Shown: piece after piece, positions 1-13,482 of the stretch
Layout: every line of letters starts with the position of its first letter
How positions within the stretch are numbered: position 1 is the first letter of the stretch
Assembly (NCBI GenBank): GCA_051294375.1
Contig: CM119265.1
Span: forward strand, 2,463,268 to 2,527,267
Direction of reading: 5' to 3'
Length of the DNA: 64,000 nt
Source: Paraspadella gotoi
Lineage: Eukaryota; Animalia; Chaetognatha
Program-made: the position numbers and the translations under genes
Notes under the pieces: generated by a model
Databases searched by the model: none
The model's input: the letters and a program-made list of their open reading frames with translations, nothing else
What the model was told of the DNA's origin: nothing

Positions 1-505
1 CAATAATGCCGATAACGATAAATTGATTGATTTACTTTATTGATTGATTGATTGATTGATTGAATAATTAATTAATATATAAATTGATAAATTAATTAAT
101 TATTGATTAATTAAGTGACTAATTTATTAATTAACTTATTAATTATTTGATTAATTATTACATCCTGCATTTACATTTAATATAAAAAAAACGTCTTCCA
201 ATACTTAATCACAACGAAAAGAAAGGAAATTCATGATGTCTAAAAAAAGAAGCATAATCAATTAGTGAAACAAGTTTTTTGTTTTTTCCATTTAAACTCA
301 TTTCCACTCGGACGATTCCATCGAAACTTGATTTCCAGCTTAATCACACACTTTCCTACCCACATACAGAATTTCAAGTCAATCGCCCCATATATTCATG
401 AATAATTGGCGTTCAAATCTTAGGGGAGACGGAAAGACAGACAGACGAACGGACATCTTTTTTTTTTTTGCATAATTAATCATGATTCGATGTTCTGAGT
501 TATAA
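1..505 (-). mobile_element. Partial DINE-1/HINE-like (Helentron-associated) element
   Basis: Reverse complement of 44330-44945; contains a GACGGACAGAC-type microsatellite and the shared block TCACACACTTTCCTACCCAC. Confidence 0.5.
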
Positions 506-552
506 TTTACGTTTCTTTAAAAAAACCAGTTAAGATGCATGGTTTATCAGCT

Positions 553-586
<34 letters not shown>

Positions 587-603
587 ACACCGCCGCCACC
601 GCC

Positions 604-655
<52 letters not shown>

Positions 656-656
656 A
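553..656. repeat. (CCG)n microsatellite
   Basis: About 34 CCG units; only the poly-Pro frame stays open on the + strand (ORF 539-790). Confidence 0.9.
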
Positions 657-1329
657 GTAGTATATACTGGACAGTGAGATCCGCCGCCGGAATCTACTGG
701 CGAAGTCGCGCCGTCCCAGACTTGGTTTTCGCCAAGAGGAGAGATGCTTCTTTTCTCTGCACCAAAAAAGGAGAAAAGAAAAAAAAATAGGATGGGATAG
801 AATAAGAAGCGATGGAATGCCACTGTATTTTATGAATGAATGAATGAATGAATGAATGAATGAATGAATGAATGAATGAATGAATGAATGAATGAATGAA
901 TGAATAATGAATTATTATAATAAATGAATGCATGAATTAATATATTAATGAATGAATGAATAAATTAGTGAATGAATCAATTAATTAATCAATTAACTAA
1001 TTAATTGAACGAATGAATCACGGAATGTCGCAAAAGCTTGTAGGTTTATTTAAAAAGACTAGTATTATTCGTTATCGAGTCTAAAACTTTAAATTACATG
1101 TTTTCCTTGGCACCACTTGTAAGTGTAAACCAAAACCTGAAGAGATATGTTACATAATAAATAATTTGATTTATTTTGGATCCAGCTTAACAATCAAATT
1201 CGGAGGTTAAACGGATATATATACATTTATTTGTTGAGCGTCCGAGCAGCACCCTTCGATCGAAAATATTTGACCTCTATTTCGTAGAGGGTTACTTCAC
1301 GACAGTGACAGGTATTTGTGTGTGTGTGT

Positions 1330-1405
<76 letters not shown>

Positions 1406-1450
1406 AGAGAGATAGATGATGTGCAGAGCCAAATAAAATGCGGCTAGCGT

Positions 1451-1554
<104 letters not shown>

Positions 1555-2577
1555 GTTCGACCTCAACAGCGTGAATACGAGGGAGAGGGGTAAAAAAAGG
1601 GGGGAAAAAGGGAAACAATTTTTGTGAACAGGTGAACATTTATCGCGAAAAAAAATCACTCGGGTAAAAATTAAAAAAATATTCTAAACAATTAACAAGG
1701 TATAATATAATTTTTTTCAGTAATTAAGTTTTAAAATTAAACGGAACCCGAAAAAGATAAATAGATAGAAAAAGATTTGACTTGATTTATTATTTATTAA
1801 TCTCAAAGAACGTGTGACGCTGAGGATTGGTCGGCACAGCAGCGGGACGGGTGACGGTCTAAACGACGGTTTTAAAAGAGATAATTTATCACAATAAGTA
1901 TATAATCGTTAACGACCTATATATATATATATATATATAAAGAAATTCACTTCAATTCAACTCATTAAAAACACCTCAACAAACCGGCCTAACAAGTTAA
2001 TCAACCATGTCTCGATTTAAAATATAGCTCTGTCTTTCTTTTTCTCTAATTACTACAAAGATTTTAATAATGTTATCTCCGCCAAACCGTAGTTGAGTCC
2101 CGATGCCGCTACGTATATAAACTTTCTCCTCCGATTTCTTCCGGGTCCTTCCTTCCTTCCTTCCTTCCTTCCTTCCTCCTCCTTCCTTCCTTCCTTCCTT
2201 CCTTCCTTCCTTCCTTCCTTCCTTCCTTTCTTCCTTCCTTCTCATTCGTCGACGGTAAGGTTTGGGATTTTTGAAATCCCCTTTCCTAAAAAAAAACAAA
2301 AAACAAACAAACAAACAAACAAAAAACAAACAATCTATAAAATATTCCTATTTTTCGGTTTTTTTTTCGTATTTTTCAAATTCCCTTTCCCTGAAAAAAA
2401 AAATCGTCATGAAATCTTTCCATCTTTTTTATCTCCCTTTCGATTAAATCATCTCATTTTTCAAATCCATTTTGCCCCTTAAAAAATTCTCACTAAATCT
2501 TCATCTTTTTCAAACCAATTTTTCCCTAAAAAAAATTATCTTTTTTTCAAACTTAGGGTAAAAAAAATCACCAGAAA

Positions 2578-5083
2578 ATGACGAAATTTATCGCGGAAAA
2601 ATCTGAGACGAATTTCGCTAATTTCTACGATGTGGACGCGATGATAGATGCGGGGGGCGTGGGGCGTCATAACGTCTTCCCCGGCGCCATCTTGTGGTTC
2701 AACGTCGTCTTGAACGTCGTCAACATCATGGTCACCAGCTACACGGCTTACATCCCTCCAGAGTACATCCGGGGTGAGATTTCGGGTGGGAAAAAATTAT
2801 AAATATAAAGAAAAACCAAGTATGGAATACAACATGTCTATAATTGTCATAAATATCAAAAATTTAGCTTTTACAATCGATTGAAGATGATATTTGATTT
2901 TTTTTTTTTTTTTGTACATGTGTGTAAACAAATTAATAATGACATCTAACGTTATAAAAAATCTCTAGGTCCAGTTGTCAAATTCGATTGCATCTAACCT
3001 CTTTCATTCTACAATCCCCACACCCCCCCCCCTTAAACCTCGATATCTTCAACCCAACTTCCCGAAATAGACAACTGTTTGAGCGACGACAAGTTTGAGA
3101 ATTCGTCTCTACTTCGAACCGGAAACGATTCTTCGTCCTCCTCCTCCTCTTCCTCCTCCTCCTCCTCATCCTTCATGCTAGAATTCGACTTGATCTGCGC
3201 GACGCCGGAATTTGCAAATTTGGCGCCGGCGCTATTTTTCGCCGGCGGGGCGGCGTCGTCCCTCGTCGTCGGCGCCCTGCAGCGGTTCGGACGGCGCCGA
3301 GTGGTTTGGATCAGCACCGGCGTCGAAGTCGTCATGCACGCCGCTGTATACTTTGCAAGGGACGCAGTCGGGTATTTGGCGTTTAGGACCGTTGGAGGGT
3401 TCATGCAGGTGAAACGGACAGACAGACAGGTTGACTGGATTAATTTGATGGAAGAAAGATTGATTGATGGACTGATGGACTGATGGATTGATGTATTTTT
3501 TTGTAGTAAACAATAGTCATTTATATGTCTAAATTTCATATTGATTATTGACTTAATAATGAGTGGAGAAATTTGGCTTTAAAAATAATCTTTCATTTTG
3601 AAACTCAAATCATTTTTATGTGATATAGTATTAATATTAATATATTCTGAAATCTCTTGGGAATATGATAAGAATAGCATTTTTAGGAATATTGTAACCA
3701 AATTTTATTCGGAAAAAGTGTGATTTTGTTGTTCTTTTGTTAAAAAATTAATTAGCCAGAAATTAGAAGCTTCGAATCTCCTTTTCTCTTCCAGTTAATC
3801 AACTCTGGAATGAGCGCCGTCCTTTTCTTAGAAATCTTCAGCTCAGCTCATCGATTTCACGCTAACTCCTTCCTGCACCTGTACATGCCAGTTAGCTTCG
3901 GCATCGTCTCTCTGGGCGCCTACCTCGTTCCCGGGTGGAGGGAGCTGCATCTGCTTATATCTGGGTTGGCTATTGTTTATAAAAAAAATACTTAATTTCA
4001 TATTGTGCGCCAATTTTGACTTCATTTGCTTCAGATTTGAAAGATGAAAAAATAATTAAAATATTTATAACTTTTTGAAAATTAATTCTTTTTTTAAATA
4101 AAAATTACGATTATAATTAGAAATTAGTTTTAATTAAAAACTTTGATTTTCATACAGAATTTAATTAATTAATTAATTAATATAAAGTATATTGAAATTT
4201 TTAAACTTTATATAACTTTATAAGTTTTAATAAGAAAAACCAGTGGAGGTGGTCGAGATAAAAATGGCGAACAAAATGAGATGAATCGATTTATTGAAAT
4301 CTGAAAAGCGAATGGAATCGAATTGGCTAATTGTACAAAGTGGCATTCATTTTTATATGGCGAGAGAGAGAAAATTTGGTTTACATTTGTAAAGTAAATT
4401 ATTCTAAAAATACGACTGGCGTTTGAACAAAGGGAGCAAAACAATTTCTTAGCGGGGATTGGAAATTGTAAAGAATTCGTCTGGCGATTTTATTTTCTTT
4501 ATATAATAATACTCAGGATCTCCATTCGGCCACACTACCAAAGAAAGAAAATAAATGAGCATCATTTATAAATAATCGCTAATTTAAACTGATGGGACAT
4601 TAAATAAAAGTATTTTATTAGTGAAAACAAAATTTGATGCCTTCTCCCGAACGTCTTGATCAACTTGTAACGACGCAATCCATACGGCATCTTGTGATAA
4701 TCTGATATTGCAATACAGAAAAAACTCGATGATTATTAATAAGCTTAAAGGAGCTTAAAATTCAGAATTGAAAGGAGTCATATTGATGAATCAGCATTAG
4801 TTTAGTTAACTTATTAGTTTCTTTTTTAAGTTTAAAGATTAGGGGTTACCGTATGTTTAGGGATTAGGTTATGTAGTAGGGTTTAAAATATGGTTAAGTT
4901 TAGGAAATAAGGTTAATATGGATTAGGGACAAGAGTTATTGATTAGGGTTTGGGATTAAATTATGATTAGGGTTAGGAATTTCATGCTAGGAATTGGATT
5001 ATAGATTTTGTTAAATATTTGAGCTAAATATTGATATTGGAGTTAATATGAAGTTATAAATAATTGACCTTTCCATTTAACCC

Positions 5084-5156
<73 letters not shown>

Positions 5157-8100
5157 CTCTCTCCAGCCTTTCTTCATTCTTTCGCCCTCATGTGGTTCGT
5201 CCCGGAATCCCTGCGTTGGCTCTCAAGTCAGGAAGAGAGGAGAGTCATGAACATCTGAAGGAAAGATGCAAGAAAATGTTGAAGGTTGAATCGTTGGAAG
5301 ACTTTGTCAATAAAAGCCGGGCATCCCTCATGGCCAAAGGTGCTAGTGATTGCTCATTTTCTATTGCAGATTTTGCAAAATTTGAGTTATTGCTAGCTCC
5401 ACTTATTATCTTCTCTATGACAGATTGCGATCCGGACCAAAATGTCAGTCATGTTGAAATCAAGCGACAAATTCCGTGTGATGAATTTCGAGGTCCTCAA
5501 ACGGTTGGCGTTCATGAGCTTTCTTTGGATGGCGCGATGGCAACGTAAATAGATGAATCAATATGATCAAACGATTTATCAATCAATCAATCATCATTCA
5601 ATCTCTATCTTCCAGCTACTGGTCCATCAGCCTCTCTTCAACCGACCTCCTTCCTGGCGACCGATACCTAACCTTCTTCTCCTCGGCGCCACGCACGTCC
5701 GTCTATCGCCTTGCTGGGCCTCATCTAAGGATCCATCAACCGGCTGGCATTGGCGCTGATGTTTGCTGGAGCCGCGGCCTGCTTTAGCGCCGCCTATGGG
5801 CTGCAGATGACGGTGGTGAAGGAAGACAATGCTGTCTTTTGACGATCGTCGTTGGTGAGAAAAAGGATGATGATGATGAAAGGACGATGATAACAGTCTT
5901 GAAAAATGACAGAGAAAAATAATATGAAACTAATTTTGAAATTTGTACAAATAATTATTCAATCTTAGCCCCTTGACATATGAACTCAATAAATAGTATG
6001 ACTTTAGATTTTTGATTAAATTCATTTTCCTCTCGCATGGAAACATTTTAATAATTATCAATACAAAATAAATATATAATATAATATACTTAAGGGGTGG
6101 TCTTTTCATACATTGAAACATTCTTTGAAATCATTATACCACTTCATTGATAGGAAGCCAGGATACTCTGGGAGTGAATAAACGAGACTGTGAGAGAGTC
6201 TTGATTGAAAGCTTGCAGGGACCTGCTATGTCATTATCTTGTAAATGATGGAGGCCTTAAACCACCAAAGCCTGTCCAAAGTCAGGGGCAAGAAGCTTAT
6301 TTATTAAATGAATGAATATTTTTTTTATGGTTGTTACAATTTCATATAAAAATGCTTATTTTTTTTTTTGAATATGAAGTTTTTAAAAAATGATTCTAAT
6401 AAAGATTAAAAAGTTAGATAAAGGTTAGTATTTACAAATTTTCAAAAATTTAATGATAAATGGGTTTTATAAATTTAAAAAACTTTCAAAAATCCATCAT
6501 CATCGTCATCATTAATACAGTGTGTCCCAATGGTACTGTCTGTTAAGAAAAGCTTTACTGCTCCTTTTCCAGATGAAAAACTCGAATTCATAGATAAATA
6601 TGCGCACAAGTATGGACCATTTATAGGATACCTAATTTTTAAAAAAATGTGAACAAAGGCAAACTCCTTATTATACATAAAGCAAATGGAATAACATTTT
6701 TTTCAGTGATTTTTAAACAAAAAATTTTAAATTATATACTTTTTAATATTTATCAAATATTTTTTTTAATATTGGATTAAATATGTTTTAAATTTTTTCT
6801 TTAGATGCAGGACAGAAAGAAATTACCTCAATTTTTAGCTCAGAGCTTTTATAATGCAGTAATATTTTTTTAAATTATCAACTATGACCTTGCTCATTAC
6901 TTTTTGAATTGATTTAATATCAAATTAACTAGCTTCTTTTATCAACTTTTATATTTTTTTAGTATTGGTTTATTTCTTCTTATTTTATACAAATTAGAAA
7001 TTTAAATAATTTATATCTTTTAAAATATTTTTTTACATAATTTTTAAAAAAAAATTATTTTAAAGTAAAAATTATCTAAAAATTAAAAAAGAAGACAATT
7101 GAATGTTCTGCCAAAGAAAAATTGATAAAAATTGAATTCCGAAATATCATAAATTATCATAAATGGTAAGAAATTACTTACTTGTTATCAGAAATGATGG
7201 AGCTTAAACACAAGCTTCAGTACAATATGTGAAGGTTAACCGACAGTACCATTGGGACACCTGTAATTTCAAAAAGTTTGTAATAATAACCCTCATCTAA
7301 CTTTTTTAAGCTTTATCATAATCTGATAAAAAAAATTAAATTTACCCAAAAAAATTGTTGACATTATATAGTATTTGGATTAATATAAATAGCATAAGAT
7401 AAATCTTACATTTTTTTATGTTTTCAAGATCTTTTTATATAAACACATTAACAATGTTTATACGAACATCTGTTAGTTTGTAACCTGTTGCGCGCTTACT
7501 GGCAGGTGCGTTAAGCCCGTTAAGTCTGTTAAGTTTATTAATTCCACAAGTTTCTAGGCTTATCTCTCAATGCAATGTCATAGATTTAGCAAAGTTGTTT
7601 TGATCTACTGTGGTGAACTTAATAGCAAATATTTTTTATAAATGTTTTCCCTCTTGTTGAAATATTGTATCTTTTAAAAGACATTTAATTGATATAAATC
7701 ATCCCCCTCACAAAAGGTCGATTTTTCCGGGGAGCGCTGTCATTCTTCGAAGTTTTACACCAACGAATATTTCCGACTTCTTGTCGTTCATTCGTTATGG
7801 TCTTTTGCGTCGGCGCTGGAAGACTTCGTCACAAGGTAAAGGCCATTATTTTTAGTTCACGGGTCTCGCGAGTCTTTGTCACTGTCGTCGGTCCGTCGTT
7901 TGGTTGGCTCATTTGTTAAGACAGAAAAAAACCTCAATCTAGTGACTGCTCAGCGCCCTCTTCCGGAAATCCTAAAAACTATAAGGAATAAAAGACGGAA
8001 TTCCGATTGCAGTGTGCTCGTGTCATAAATAACAGTCTAAGAAAGTTATTGTAGGTCATGTTCATGTCACAAGAAATACACGTGATAAGGCAGTCACTAC

Positions 8101-8610
8101 GGCGTAACACATTTGAATTACCGTTCTTGTTCTTCGTATCTAGAATATTTGAGAAAATTTCTTGATAAGCGGAGGTTATGGAATTTACTCTCTTTTATTT
8201 TACATGGCTTTATTTAATGTTTTAAAAATTGTCTTATCTTCTTCTTTCCTTTTTACATTCGCTTACCTTTATGAATTTGTTTATTTACTATAATAAATTG
8301 ATATTCACTTATTTAATCATTTTTCATTCATTTTCATTCATTTTCATTTCAACTCTTTCCGCCCCTCCAGCGTGCCTCCTTCGCCTCTCTCCTCATCCGC
8401 TCCACGCCACCGCGGTTTCCTCTTATCATCGCCATCGTCAACGTTCGCGGCCGTCCGTCGTCATTGTCGTCGGAATGGAGGGAGACAAAAGGACGGAAGA
8501 TGGCGCAGACTGTGGAAGAGATGGAGGAAGGAGAGGAAGAAAGAGAGGAAAGGGAAAGAAGAGGAAAGGGGAAAGAGAGGAAAGGATGTTGAGGAATAGA
8601 GTTGAATTGA
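2578..8610 (+). CDS. SLC22-family (organic cation/anion transporter-like) MFS transporter, copy 1, 8 exons, with indel errors
   Basis: Approximate exons 2578-2773, 3071-3408, 3795-3964, 5167-5339, 5423-5544, 5616-5854, 7717-7834, 8371-8610, with GT-AG ends. Motifs EFDLIC, RFGRR, GWRELH, PESLRWL, YTNEYF and ETKG match SLC22 signatures (EWDLVC, DRFGRR, PESPRWL, ELFPT, PETKG). Confidence 0.8.
6237..6293 (+). ncRNA. Twister ribozyme, type P5 permutation (family B), within a dispersed repeat (~6140-6350)
   Basis: P5 TCTTGT/GCAAGA; GA-TGG; short P1 AGGCCT; T^AA; T2 AC pairs GT; C-AAA-G; P4 CCTG/CAGG; L4 T-CCA-AA-GT, whose CCA pairs TGG. P2 is degenerate in this copy. Confidence 0.65.
6518..7263. 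mobile_element. Tc1/mariner-type MITE
   Basis: ~28-bp TIRs CAGTGTGTCCCAATGGTACTGTC(T)GTTAA / TTAACCGACAGTACCATTGGGACAC-CTG, flanked by TA on both sides; no ORF. Only the right TIR is present in the duplicate at 17150-17180. Confidence 0.7.
7850..8131 (+). mobile_element. Second HINE/Helitron-like short element family
   Basis: Copies at 17753-18020 (+) and 45670-46027 (-). Starts TTTTAGT, has a GTCGGTCC microsatellite, ends ...GAATTACCGTTCTTGTT. Confidence 0.45.
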
Positions 8611-9424
8611 TGGGAATGAAAGAAGAAATTGTGTTTAAAAACGTGAATAATGAAATTCTATTAGTAATTTATTTTTTTACGCTTTTTAAATTTTCGGAAT
8701 TGCAATTTGGTCGACATTAAAATTTATCGATGTTATTGAATTCGTTTCATTCAAAAAAAATTTAAGAAATATTGGTAATGATTAATATTAAATATTATAT
8801 TTAATTTTATGAAAGTAACACGTGTAGTTTTCGCGTGATCTACCTTTCCGTGATATTCTTAGCTTGGATACATCGAGGAAGTTAGTAAGAACCTCAATTG
8901 CAGTGCGGCATTGAACAGAGAAGTTCTCTAATAATAATGTAAGCTGGACTGTTGCAGATATGAAATAATAAATATATTTTTATTAAATTATTCTTAATTA
9001 TAAGCGACAGCTTTACTTGACGTTTATTTTTACTATTAAATAAAATTTTTTAATTTTTCAATTTTTTCTAAGGCAATTTGATAAGCTTAAAGTTAATAAG
9101 GGTTATTTCATACAATTTAAAAATTTGTTGGAATTATAAAATTTCTCAAAAAGCTAAAAATTCAGCAATGCATATGAGCAGAGTTTTACGCTCTGTTTAA
9201 CCTCAAGTTCTTGTCAATTTGGTAAAGATTGTAGTACTAATTCATCTTAACTGGTTCACATATGCCTCTACAGATCCTGTTGTAAACAGATTTACGAATA
9301 AAGTAAAAATTGTCTTCTGTTATAATAAGGGAAATATCTTTAACTTCATCAGCAATGAATTTTCAAATTCATTTAAACAATCAGATAGAAGGAAAAAGGA
9401 ATTTGAGAGAAATAAAAGTTAATA

Positions 9425-9650
9425 GAAGTCGTTCAATTTTATGACCCGCCTTCATATAAGCAGTCCCTAAGCTTCGGATCAGGCTGAATACCGTGTTATA
9501 GGCGGGGTTTAAGCGCCCCGTCCCTCTTAACTGCTAGGCGGCCACCGGGCTAGAACCCGACCTTAGAGTTTGGGGAGGGCGAACTGTCTTTGCCTCGGCA
9601 AACAATGGCCGACACTCGTATGAAACGGTTGGAGGATTTTCGCTCCATCC
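9425..9650 (-). mobile_element. tRNA-derived SINE-like element, family A, carrying a twister ribozyme
   Basis: Minus strand reads 5' leader, tRNA-like head (GGCCA...GGTTCTAGCCCGG-TGGCC), twister, tail. Homologous to 11165, 19680, 21050 and 55945. Confidence 0.75.
9459..9535 (-). ncRNA. Twister ribozyme, type P5 (family A)
   Basis: AGCAGTT-AA-GAGG-GA-CGG-GGCGCT-TAA-ACCCC-GC-[P3]-CCTGA-TCCGAAGC-TTAGG-GACTGCT; P5, P4, T1 (CCG/CGG) and T2 (GC/GC) all pair. Confidence 0.75.
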
Positions 9651-9689
9651 ATTAACAGTTTATTTTTAACGTTGATTGGTGGAAGCTTC

Positions 9690-10020
9690 ATTTATGTAAA
9701 AAATTTTTTCTTTTTGGTATAAAAAGTTGAGTTTTGTTATCTATAAAAAAAGTATTCTCTCTACCCCACACAAATATTTCACTCCAATTTCCAATCCTCC
9801 AATCACGAGTCTTTTGGCAGTTTTTTTTGCAAAAGTGGACGGACAAGACGGACGGACGGACATCATTTTTTTTTGCAAAATTTTTCATAATTCGAGGTTC
9901 TGGACGATGATATTAAGTGTAATGCCCCGTGACAATATTTGGGGGCAGAGACGACGGGACGACAAAGTGAATTATATGACGTCGGAATCTGCTGATGAGC
10001 ACGATTCCGACATAAAAAAT
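9690..10020 (-). mobile_element. DINE-1/HINE-like element
   Basis: Terminal palindrome GTCGGAATCTGC-TGATGA-GCA(C)GATTCCGAC and a GGACGGACAG microsatellite; duplicate at 19920-20226. Confidence 0.6.
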
Positions 10021-11164
10021 TTATAACCCGATCGATATTCGTTTTCGATATATTACATTCACAAGTTTGTTTTCGTATATCAAGATTAAACGCAGTTTTC
10101 AACCAGACCGGTTTGAAAAAAAAAAAATTATCTCTCTCTATATTTTCTCCCTAAAAACTCCCACACTAAAGCACGATAGTTCTCTAAAGCCTCTCTTAAA
10201 TCGCCATAAAGCAAATGATTTCTTCGTTTACCGAATTCATGATGAATAAAAAAAAATTTGAATCTATTTCCGTTTTGGGTTAACAAAAATTTTCGATCTT
10301 ATATATAATTTTTAGGATGAGAAAATACTTTAATTTTTGGAAAATGTATATGGTTTCCAATGCTCATAGACGATTAGAATAAACGACGCGTCACGCATTT
10401 TTTTATAATCTACTTGGCGACCTTTTCTTCTTACTTGTGTTGAGATTTGAGAATTAATGAAAAATTAAGCAGAAATTAGACTTGTCCATAATCTTCCACC
10501 GTCAAACTTCTGACGATCGCAGCGCACGTCTAAAACGCATTGAAACTGCAGGCGTTGAAGAAAGGAAATTTCTTCACGAAGATTTACCTCAAGAAATCCC
10601 CTAATAAGAACCTCCCATTCTTCAAAATTCCCATGAAATTGCTTTTCCTTCTTCTTTCAAATATTTCCCATTTTTAAATCAAATTTTTTACTAAAAGAAT
10701 CATTCAATATATATATTTTTTAATAGGCGCTTAGCCTAATTTCAGTAAGGTGCGGTTAAAGAAATCTTGAATTAAAAACCACTGCTCAAATGATAATTTA
10801 GACATTTTTTTTAAAAAAAATAATATTTAACTCTATACCCCATATTGATTTTTAAATATTTATTTTATAAATAGGAAAGGCTAAAAATTTTTTTATTTTT
10901 TTTATTTTTAAGACCCAGACAGGTAGTTTGTAAAAAAGTTATAATTCTTTTTTTTTTTTATATTTTCGATCAATAAGTGGAGTTAAAAAAATATAAAAAC
11001 TATTAATAAATATCATCATCATTCTATCTCAATAACTTTTAATACTCTTTTTTTTAATTTCTTGACCAAGAAAACATGAGAATTTTTTGAAAGTTTCATA
11101 AATTATATTTTTTATTTTACTTTTTCCATCGCTCATAAGCATTCATCAAAAAAAAGGTAATTGA

Positions 11165-11422
11165 TGTGGAGCTAAAATCCACCAACCATCATTCAGCGGT
11201 TCATTGTGCGGAGGCAAATCATTTGCTCTCAACCCAAAGGTCCGGAGTTTCCAGATCGGTCGTATTCGCGTAAAAGCCAATTAAGAGGGAACGTGGCGAG
11301 CGCTTACACCCGCTTTAGTAACCACGGTATGTACAGCCTAGGCTCTGAACTCATCAAGCGCACGCGCTATATATTGAACTCGGATTCTGTTCGACTCAAC
11401 ACATAACAATTAATTACTGTCT
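11165..11422 (+). mobile_element. Family A SINE-like element, very noisy copy
   Basis: Alignable along its length to 55945-56157 (CTAAAATCCACCAACC ... CCCAAAGGTCCGG ... TTAAGAGGG ... CAATTAATTACTGTC). Confidence 0.6.
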
Positions 11423-11744
11423 CTTTCATAATATTTAGATTTAAATAAAAATCTATTATAAATTTGTCGAAAGAAGTATTAGTCAATTTTTTTATCCAGC
11501 GAACAATAAAAGCATTAAAATCGAACCTTTTACAAAATTCTTTTTTTACCTTAACAAGTAGGACTTCGTAGACGTGACTAAAGTTTTTGATTTTTGAACT
11601 TCCCCAGCCCCTTATTTTAATTTACATTTTCATTGAGCTAAGATTTCTAAATTTTAAACTAACTTTCCCTCCCAAAAATTCCAATTAAATTCTCACTATT
11701 TTTTAAAAAACCCCCTTTCCCCTTTAAAAAAAATCACTATTCCA

Positions 11745-12680
11745 TCAAAAAATCTTTCATGTGTCAACCCACCTTTATTTATATTAAAAATAAGATTTTC
11801 AAAAAAGAGGAAAAGTCATTCAGAAGTGAGATAGGTGTCTGTTTTGGTTTGATTTATTCAAAAAATCTTCCATTTGTCAACCCCAACTCCTTTCTGGAAA
11901 CTATTAACTTTATATTAAAAATAAAGATTTCAAAAGAGGAAAGAGTCATATCCAGAACTCAGAATTAGAATCGGTGTCTGTTGTTTGTTTATCAAAACAT
12001 ACCTCTTTCCATATTGTCCAACCCACCTTTTAATTTATATTAAAAAATAAAGGATTCAACACAGAGGCAAAAGTCATTCCAGAAAAGTGAGTAGGTGTTG
12101 TTTTGTTTGTTATCAAAAAGTCTCCAATTTGTCAACCCACCTTATTTAATTTATATTTTTAAAAATAAAGATTTCAAAAAGAGCGAACAAGTCATTCCAG
12201 AAGTGAACGTAAGGACTCTCACACTCGACCGCTCACCCGACAGTCCTCCGCTCTCTAACGGTACCACACCAGCGACACAGTATCACTCTACAGAGCTCTA
12301 TCAGTGATATCTTCTGTATTGTTTATCAAAAATCTCATTGTCCAACCCACCTTTTAATTGCACGTCTCTCAGATTAAAAATTAACAAGATTTCAAAAAGA
12401 GGAAAAGTCATTCCAGAAGTGGAGTTAGGTTGTCTGTTTGTTTGTTTATTCCAAAAATCTGTCCATTGTCAACCCAACACTTTTAATTATATTAAAAATA
12501 AAAGATTTCAAAAAGAGGAACAATTCATTCCAGAAGTGAGTAGGTGTCTGTTTGTTTGTTTATCTCAAGAAAATCTTCCATTGTCAACCACCTTTTTAAT
12601 TTATAATTAAAAATAAAGATTTCAAAAAGCAGAAAAGTCATCCAGAAGGTGCCAGTAGGATGTCTGTTTTGTGTTCATAT
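11745..12680. repeat. Degenerate tandem array, ~115-bp unit, ~7-8 copies
   Basis: Unit CCATTTGTCAACCCACCTTTTAATTTATATTAAAAATAAAGATTTCAAAAAGAGGAAAAGTCATTCCAGAAGTGAGTAGGTGTCTGTTTG; only one unit at the duplicate position 21475-21590. Confidence 0.8.
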
Positions 12681-13015
12681 GCAAAAACAGCAAGTCAAAA
12701 AGCAGTATAAAGAATTTGTCAGCGCGTTGAAACCAGACTGCTCTCTGGAATCTTTGTATTCCAAATACGATTGGTGATAACCGTTGTATCAAGTAGAGTG
12801 CTCCTACGCAAGATTTTCGGTATATATTTGAACTGGAAAAACATGCGCTTCATGAAAAAGTTGTTATTGTATAGGGAAAACGATCCCTATAAATAATAAA
12901 TAAGTCTCCCTCATAATATATATATATAGATCTAATCTAATGCCCCAATAATATATGTGTAAGATATATTTTAATCTACGACTTGGACGCGGATGATCTG
13001 ATGACTCTCCGTGTG

Positions 13016-13040
13016 NNNNNNNNNNNNNNNNNNNNNNNNN
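13016..13040. other. 25-N assembly gap (others at 33619-33643 and 37067-37091)
   Basis: Runs of exactly 25 N, each flanked by redundant, indel-rich sequence. Confidence 0.95.
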
Positions 13041-13482
13041 CCTTCCTTCCTTCCTTTCCTTCTTCCTTCCTTCCTTCCTTCCTTCCTTCCTTCCTTCCTT
13101 TCCTTCCTTCCTTCTTCCTTCCTTCCTTTCTTCCTTCCTTCTCATTTCGTTGTCGACGGTAAGGTTTTTTGGATTTTGAAATCCCTTTCCTAAAAAAAAA
13201 CAAAAAACAACAAACAAAACAAACAAAAACAAACAATCTATAAAATATTCCTATTTTCGGTTTTTTTTCGCTATTTTTCAATTTCCTTTCCCTGAAAAAA
13301 AAAATCGTCATGAAATCTTTCCATCTTTTTATCTCCCTTTCGATTAAATCATCTCATTTTTCAAATCCATTTTTGCCCCTTAAAAAATTCTCACTAAAAT
13401 CTTCATCTTTTTCAAACCAATTTTTCCCTAAAAAAAATTATCTTTTTTTTTTTCAAACTTAGGTAAAAAAAATCACCAGAGA

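Noticed and set aside
539-790. Poly-Pro ORF as a protein gene
   Set aside because: Mostly a (CCG)n tract. The 40-aa tail could be a terminal exon, but I recognise no homology.
4790-5050. Telomere or interstitial telomeric array (also 22070-22330, 47130-47220, 51310-51470, 55090-55330)
   Set aside because: Degenerate TTAGGG-like units inside introns and short repeats, not a pure tandem array.
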